IMG/VR virus record: IMGVR_UViG_3300037467_000746
Location: 1 to 49,046 of that record
Source: a virus
Taxonomy: Duplodnaviria; Caudoviricetes
Length of the DNA: 49,046 nt
Strand: one strand, 5' to 3'
Part shown: positions 45,780-49,046 of the stretch, one piece after another
How the letters are laid out: each line of letters starts with the position of its first letter
Numbering within the stretch: the stretch's first letter is position 1
Notes under the pieces: generated by a model
The model's database searches: none
Seen by the model: the letters and a program-made list of their open reading frames with translations, nothing else
Told to the model about the DNA's origin: nothing
Position numbers and translations under genes: made by a program

Positions 45780-46063
45780 AGCACCTGACACAGGATATTG
45801 AGTGCCCTAGCTGCACGACCCTGGCCGGGCCGTGCGCGACCACTGAACCCGGCGTAGCGACCCCCGTCTACGCCCTCGACAACACCGCCAGCATGTCGAA
45901 GCAGGTCCGTGTCTGCCGCGCCCTGAAAGTCCTCTACGGGCACGGCATCACCTGGCACACCATCGGCTACCACCTGGTCTACTTCACGCCCGGCGACATG
46001 TGCGGCTGCACCGACTGCGCAACACGCCTCACCCACACCATCGAAAGGACAGCCCACACATGA
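45776..46063 (+). CDS. Cys-rich hypothetical protein
   Basis: CPSC, CGCTDC; ATGA overlap. Confidence 0.65.
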   Translation: MKHLTQDIECPSCTTLAGPCATTEPGVATPVYALDNTASMSKQVRVCRALKVLYGHGITWHTIGYHLVYFTPGDMCGCTDCATRLTHTIERTAHT

Positions 46064-46422
46064 GCAAGTACGCGGTGAAGTGCCCGGCGTGTGGCCTGTT
46101 CGCGCGTGAGGGGCACCGGTGCGGGGTTGATGACCACGACCCCGACGCCCGCCCCCTCGGTTGCAACGGCAAATACGGTGAGTCCGGTTTGCAGCAGCAC
46201 AAACGCGCCGGCACCGAACCCTGCGACGCCTGCCGGGAGTCGTACCGGCACAACCGCCGCGAACTCCGATCCGGCCGCATCAAACCCCGCACCCCGGCGC
46301 CCTGCGGGACCTACAACGCCGCCGCCCGCCACGCCTACAAGGGTGAACCCCTGGACTTCGCCTGCAGGATCGCCCGCGCAAAGTACCGGGCCGAACTCAA
46401 ACAACGAAAGGAAGCGGCATGA
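46060..46422 (+). CDS. protein with two C(G/N)...H...E(P)..C repeats
   Basis: RBS GAAAGGA; repeats as in 43034. Confidence 0.7.
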   Translation: MSKYAVKCPACGLFAREGHRCGVDDHDPDARPLGCNGKYGESGLQQHKRAGTEPCDACRESYRHNRRELRSGRIKPRTPAPCGTYNAAARHAYKGEPLDFACRIARAKYRAELKQRKEAA

Positions 46423-46610
46423 CACCCGACCAGCGCGACACCCTGCTCGACCTGCACCGGGCCGCGATGAAAGAGGCCGCGACGTTCTCAGCTAAGGCCA
46501 CCCTCGCGAACCTGGACGGGCATAGCTTCGCGAGGGCTGATGACATGGAAGCCGCGGATGATGCGTTCCGGGCGTACCTGTTCGCTTTACCCGTTTCTTC
46601 CCACACGTAA
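46419..46610 (+). CDS. hypothetical protein
   Basis: ATGA overlap; RBS AAGGAAG. Confidence 0.65.
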   Translation: MTPDQRDTLLDLHRAAMKEAATFSAKATLANLDGHSFARADDMEAADDAFRAYLFALPVSSHT

Positions 46611-46637
46611 ACGCTCCCGAGGGTGAGCATGCTCACA
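46599..46637 (+). promoter_or_regulatory. late-type motif inside the early block
   Basis: TTCCCACAC-...-GAGCAT at the exact 20-nt spacing. Confidence 0.55.
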
Positions 46638-46682
46638 CATGGCGCGTAGCCCACGCGCCCGCCCATAAAAGGACTGTCAACG

Positions 46683-46964
46683 ATGAACTCAGTCACCACC
46701 ACCCCCGCCACCCAACCCTGTGTTTGCGGCTGGAACACCCCCGACCACAACGCCAACAAGTACACCCCGGCTGAGTGCCCGGCCGTGAAAGCCGCCACGA
46801 AACGTTTGTTTGACCAGGGCCTCACCACGACATGCATGACGCGCTGGTCGAACTACTACATCGACCCGAACGACGTCGCCATAGTTGTTCTCGAAGCCGT
46901 CCACGCCGCCCAAGCCGCGGAGCACGCCGACCGGGCCGAAACCTTCGAACCCCTCGCCGCATGA
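46683..46964 (+). CDS. hypothetical protein
   Basis: RBS AAAGGA. Confidence 0.7.
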   Translation: MNSVTTTPATQPCVCGWNTPDHNANKYTPAECPAVKAATKRLFDQGLTTTCMTRWSNYYIDPNDVAIVVLEAVHAAQAAEHADRAETFEPLAA

Positions 46965-47152
46965 AAGCCGCCAAGCTCGCCGCCATCGAAGCCGCTGTTG
47001 CTGATGGTTGGCCGCTCCGCGAGATCTACCGCACCCACCACACCAGCGCCAGGTTCGTGAACAAACACTTCCCCGGCTACCGGGGCATCACCGCGCAGGA
47101 GGCCGGGGCGCTGTCAATGGCCGCACGGCATTGCGGCATCATCCTCGACTGA
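46961..47152 (+). CDS. small HTH-like protein
   Basis: ADGWPLREIYRTHHTSARFVNKHFPG. Confidence 0.6.
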   Translation: MKAAKLAAIEAAVADGWPLREIYRTHHTSARFVNKHFPGYRGITAQEAGALSMAARHCGIILD

Positions 47153-47218
47153 AGCCGGTTTGGCCGGGCGTCCCCCAAAGACCGCCCGGCCATTGCCATG
47201 CTAACCGTAATTACGATG

Positions 47219-47266
47219 TTGACGTATGCGCCCACATGCACTACGTTTGTTCTAACGCACCAAACA
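47219..47266 (+). promoter_or_regulatory. SigA-like promoter with operator
   Basis: TTGACG-17-TACGTT; TGTTCTAACGCACCAAACA at 47248-47266; preceded by a hairpin at 47161-47192. Confidence 0.8.
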
Positions 47267-47282
47267 AACGAAGGGCCAGACA

Positions 47283-47441
47283 ATGAACAAGCAGACCAAA
47301 GCACCCCGCGGCATCAACGGCAAGCAGCGCGAACTCTTCCTCGCCCTCAGCGCCGAACAGCAGGAAACCTACCTGCACCGCTACAACGTCATGGGCCAGC
47401 CCGCCGCACTCGCCTACCGCTACACCACCGAAGGCTACTAA
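47283..47441 (+). CDS. small hypothetical protein (52 aa)
   Basis: RBS GAAGGG; MNKQTKAPRGINGKQRELF... Confidence 0.65.
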   Translation: MNKQTKAPRGINGKQRELFLALSAEQQETYLHRYNVMGQPAALAYRYTTEGY

Positions 47442-47499
47442 CCCGCCCCGGCCGGCCCGCGGGCCGGCACCCACCCGCCAGACAAGGACACCCGCGCCC

Positions 47500-47745
47500 A
47501 TGACCCGCCAGACCACCGACAAAGCCCGCGCCCTCTACAACCGCCTCACCAACCGCTACCAGCGGCCCGAATCGCCCGTATGCCACCTGACCGTCGAGCC
47601 GCAACAAGACAGCATCAGTATTGACGTGGGCCTCACTAACGGCGGGCACCTGCGCCACGACCTCGACCCCACCCGCGGCATCCTCGACCTCAACCGACAA
47701 GTCGTCGCCCTCATCAACCAGCACACCGACGCAGGCCGGCAGTGA
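47500..47745 (+). CDS. hypothetical protein
   Basis: RBS AAGGA. Confidence 0.7.
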   Translation: MTRQTTDKARALYNRLTNRYQRPESPVCHLTVEPQQDSISIDVGLTNGGHLRHDLDPTRGILDLNRQVVALINQHTDAGRQ

Positions 47746-47897
47746 TCCCCGCGGCTGAGCGGAACGCTCAACAATCGACCGAGACGTTCGGGCTGTCCCA
47801 CGGCCAAACCGCGCTGATCGCCAAACTCCGGTTGGGTCTCGTCCCCGCCGACGTCCTCACCCGACTCCACCCAACCCAAGAGAAAGAAGCAGCATAA
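47742..47897 (+). CDS. small hypothetical protein (51 aa)
   Basis: GTGA and TAATG overlaps; ends KEAA. Confidence 0.55.
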   Translation: MIPAAERNAQQSTETFGLSHGQTALIAKLRLGLVPADVLTRLHPTQEKEAA

Positions 47898-48364
47898 TGC
47901 CGAAGCAGACCTATGTCCCGACCGAAGCCGACCGCCTGACCGGCCAGAATGTGCGCCGGCTCCGCCGTATGGCTGGTGAGACGCTGCAGGAAACCATCGA
48001 CCGGTCAGGAGTCGGCCTGCGTCAGTCGTCACTGTCCCGCACCGAACTCGGGCAACGGCAGCTGACCGTCCCCGAAGCCACAAAGTTGGCCGCGCACTTC
48101 AACACCACCGTCGACCGGATCATCTGCGAGACCTGGCCTGCCAGTGCAGCGCCCGCCGAACCCGAGACTGAGCAGGAATGGCTCGGCAACAAACCCACCC
48201 TCACCCCAGTCCCGGATCACATCGCTGACGAAACCGCCTACGTGAGGTCCCGCACCCTCGAAATAAACCTCGACGCGCCGTTGAGCTTGGCCGACTATCG
48301 TGAACAGGTTTGGATCCCCTACCTCGAACACCGTTACACGACCGACCTGAAACAGACAGGCTAA
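47897..48364 (+). CDS. XRE-family HTH transcriptional regulator
   Basis: GQNVRRLRRMAGETLQE.....LRQSSLSRTELGQRQLTVPEATKLA..F.TTVDRI. Confidence 0.85.
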   Translation: MPKQTYVPTEADRLTGQNVRRLRRMAGETLQETIDRSGVGLRQSSLSRTELGQRQLTVPEATKLAAHFNTTVDRIICETWPASAAPAEPETEQEWLGNKPTLTPVPDHIADETAYVRSRTLEINLDAPLSLADYREQVWIPYLEHRYTTDLKQTG

Positions 48365-48368
48365 GCAA

Positions 48369-48581
48369 ATGCCCCGCAAAACCGAGCACCTGGAAACCTA
48401 CTACCGCGGCCTAGCAGCCGACGGGACCATCGTCAAAGAATCCAAGTTCCTGAACACCGTCCAGCGGTACATGCGCGCCCACCCCGACGGGACCATCGAA
48501 ACCCGCGACCTTGTCGGCTACTACACCCCCTGGACACCCGACCCCGTCCTCATGGACCGCACAAAGGACAAACGCAAATGA
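48369..48581 (+). CDS. hypothetical protein
   Basis: Contiguous ORF. Confidence 0.7.
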   Translation: MPRKTEHLETYYRGLAADGTIVKESKFLNTVQRYMRAHPDGTIETRDLVGYYTPWTPDPVLMDRTKDKRK

Positions 48582-48781
48582 CAGAGAAAGTAAAAGCGCT
48601 GATCGCTGCCGTGATGGAAGTGCACGCCGACGGCGGCGCCTCGCAAGGCTACCTGCCTAATGGGAGCTACGGCGTACTCGATCACGCTTGCCTGACGTGC
48701 GGCGAACATGGCGAGTACGGCGTCGCGTGGCCCTGCCCGACCCATCAGCTGCTTAGCCAGGCATTAGGTGACGACCAGTGA
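48578..48781 (+). CDS. hypothetical protein with C..C...WPCPT motif
   Basis: H...CLTC...WPCPT; ATGA overlap. Confidence 0.7.
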   Translation: MTEKVKALIAAVMEVHADGGASQGYLPNGSYGVLDHACLTCGEHGEYGVAWPCPTHQLLSQALGDDQ

Positions 48782-49046
48782 CCGCGTTACCTGTTGAGCC
48801 GATGGGTGCGCCTATGACGGTTGTCTTCGACTCGGCAACGTCGTTCGCTGACGTGCCGAACCTGCTCGCCTACCACCCCGGCCCCACCGCGTTGCACGGC
48901 TGGCTGACGATGAAACTCGCACCCGTCGCCGTCCGCAAACGGTTACGGCCAGGCTGGCGGGTCACCATCACCGGCACCACCGGGGCGCTACTCAACAACA
49001 AAGACCGCGAACTACTCACCTTCGAAATCATCAAAGGACACCGACT
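48778..49046 (+). CDS. hypothetical protein spanning the circular junction (ends at TAA 129-131)
   Basis: GTGA overlap; frame stays open through the terminal repeat. Confidence 0.65.
   Translation, partial: MTALPVEPMGAPMTVVFDSATSFADVPNLLAYHPGPTALHGWLTMKLAPVAVRKRLRPGWRVTITGTTGALLNNKDRELLTFEIIKGHR

Noticed and set aside
48920-49046. Terminal repeat as a biological direct terminal repeat
   Set aside because: The 127-bp length matches a common assembler k-mer and it falls mid-ORF; more likely an assembly overlap

Overview
The window is an apparently complete circular or circularly permuted genome of a high-GC tailed actinobacteriophage with a contractile tail. Bases 1-127 repeat exactly at 48920-49046 and an ORF reads through the junction, giving a unit length of 48,919 bp. 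An Arthrobacter/Micrococcaceae-like host is an inference from gene style. Almost all genes are on the + strand. The late block (~4.2-36.4 kb) runs terminases, portal, MuF-like, protease/scaffold, decoration, capsid, head-tail, sheath, tube, chaperone, tape measure, LysM, CHAP-bearing hub, lysis cassette, baseplate and beta-helix tailspike. The early/middle block (36.5 kb through the junction to 3.5 kb) carries an exonuclease, RecT-like protein, SSB, NrdH, two Rep-like proteins, RusA, HTH proteins and many small ORFs. I found no integrase, DNA polymerase, sigma factor or RNA polymerase. Main observations: (1) a fixed-geometry promoter-like motif TCCCAC-N20-SANNNT-N6 in 13 copies, eight ending exactly on an ATG (leaderless late genes); (2) a 19-bp TGTT-N11-AACA operator on SigA-type promoters; (3) four DNA methyltransferases inserted among virion genes, one with a candidate TRD gene in an overlapping frame and one with a complete antisense HNH gene inside its open frame; (4) about 20 proteins ending in Ala-Ala, resembling the SsrA degron; (5) a probable ATC start for the replication initiator; (6) an antisense tRNA-Arg(UCU). 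Product calls come from motif recognition and synteny only, with no database searches.
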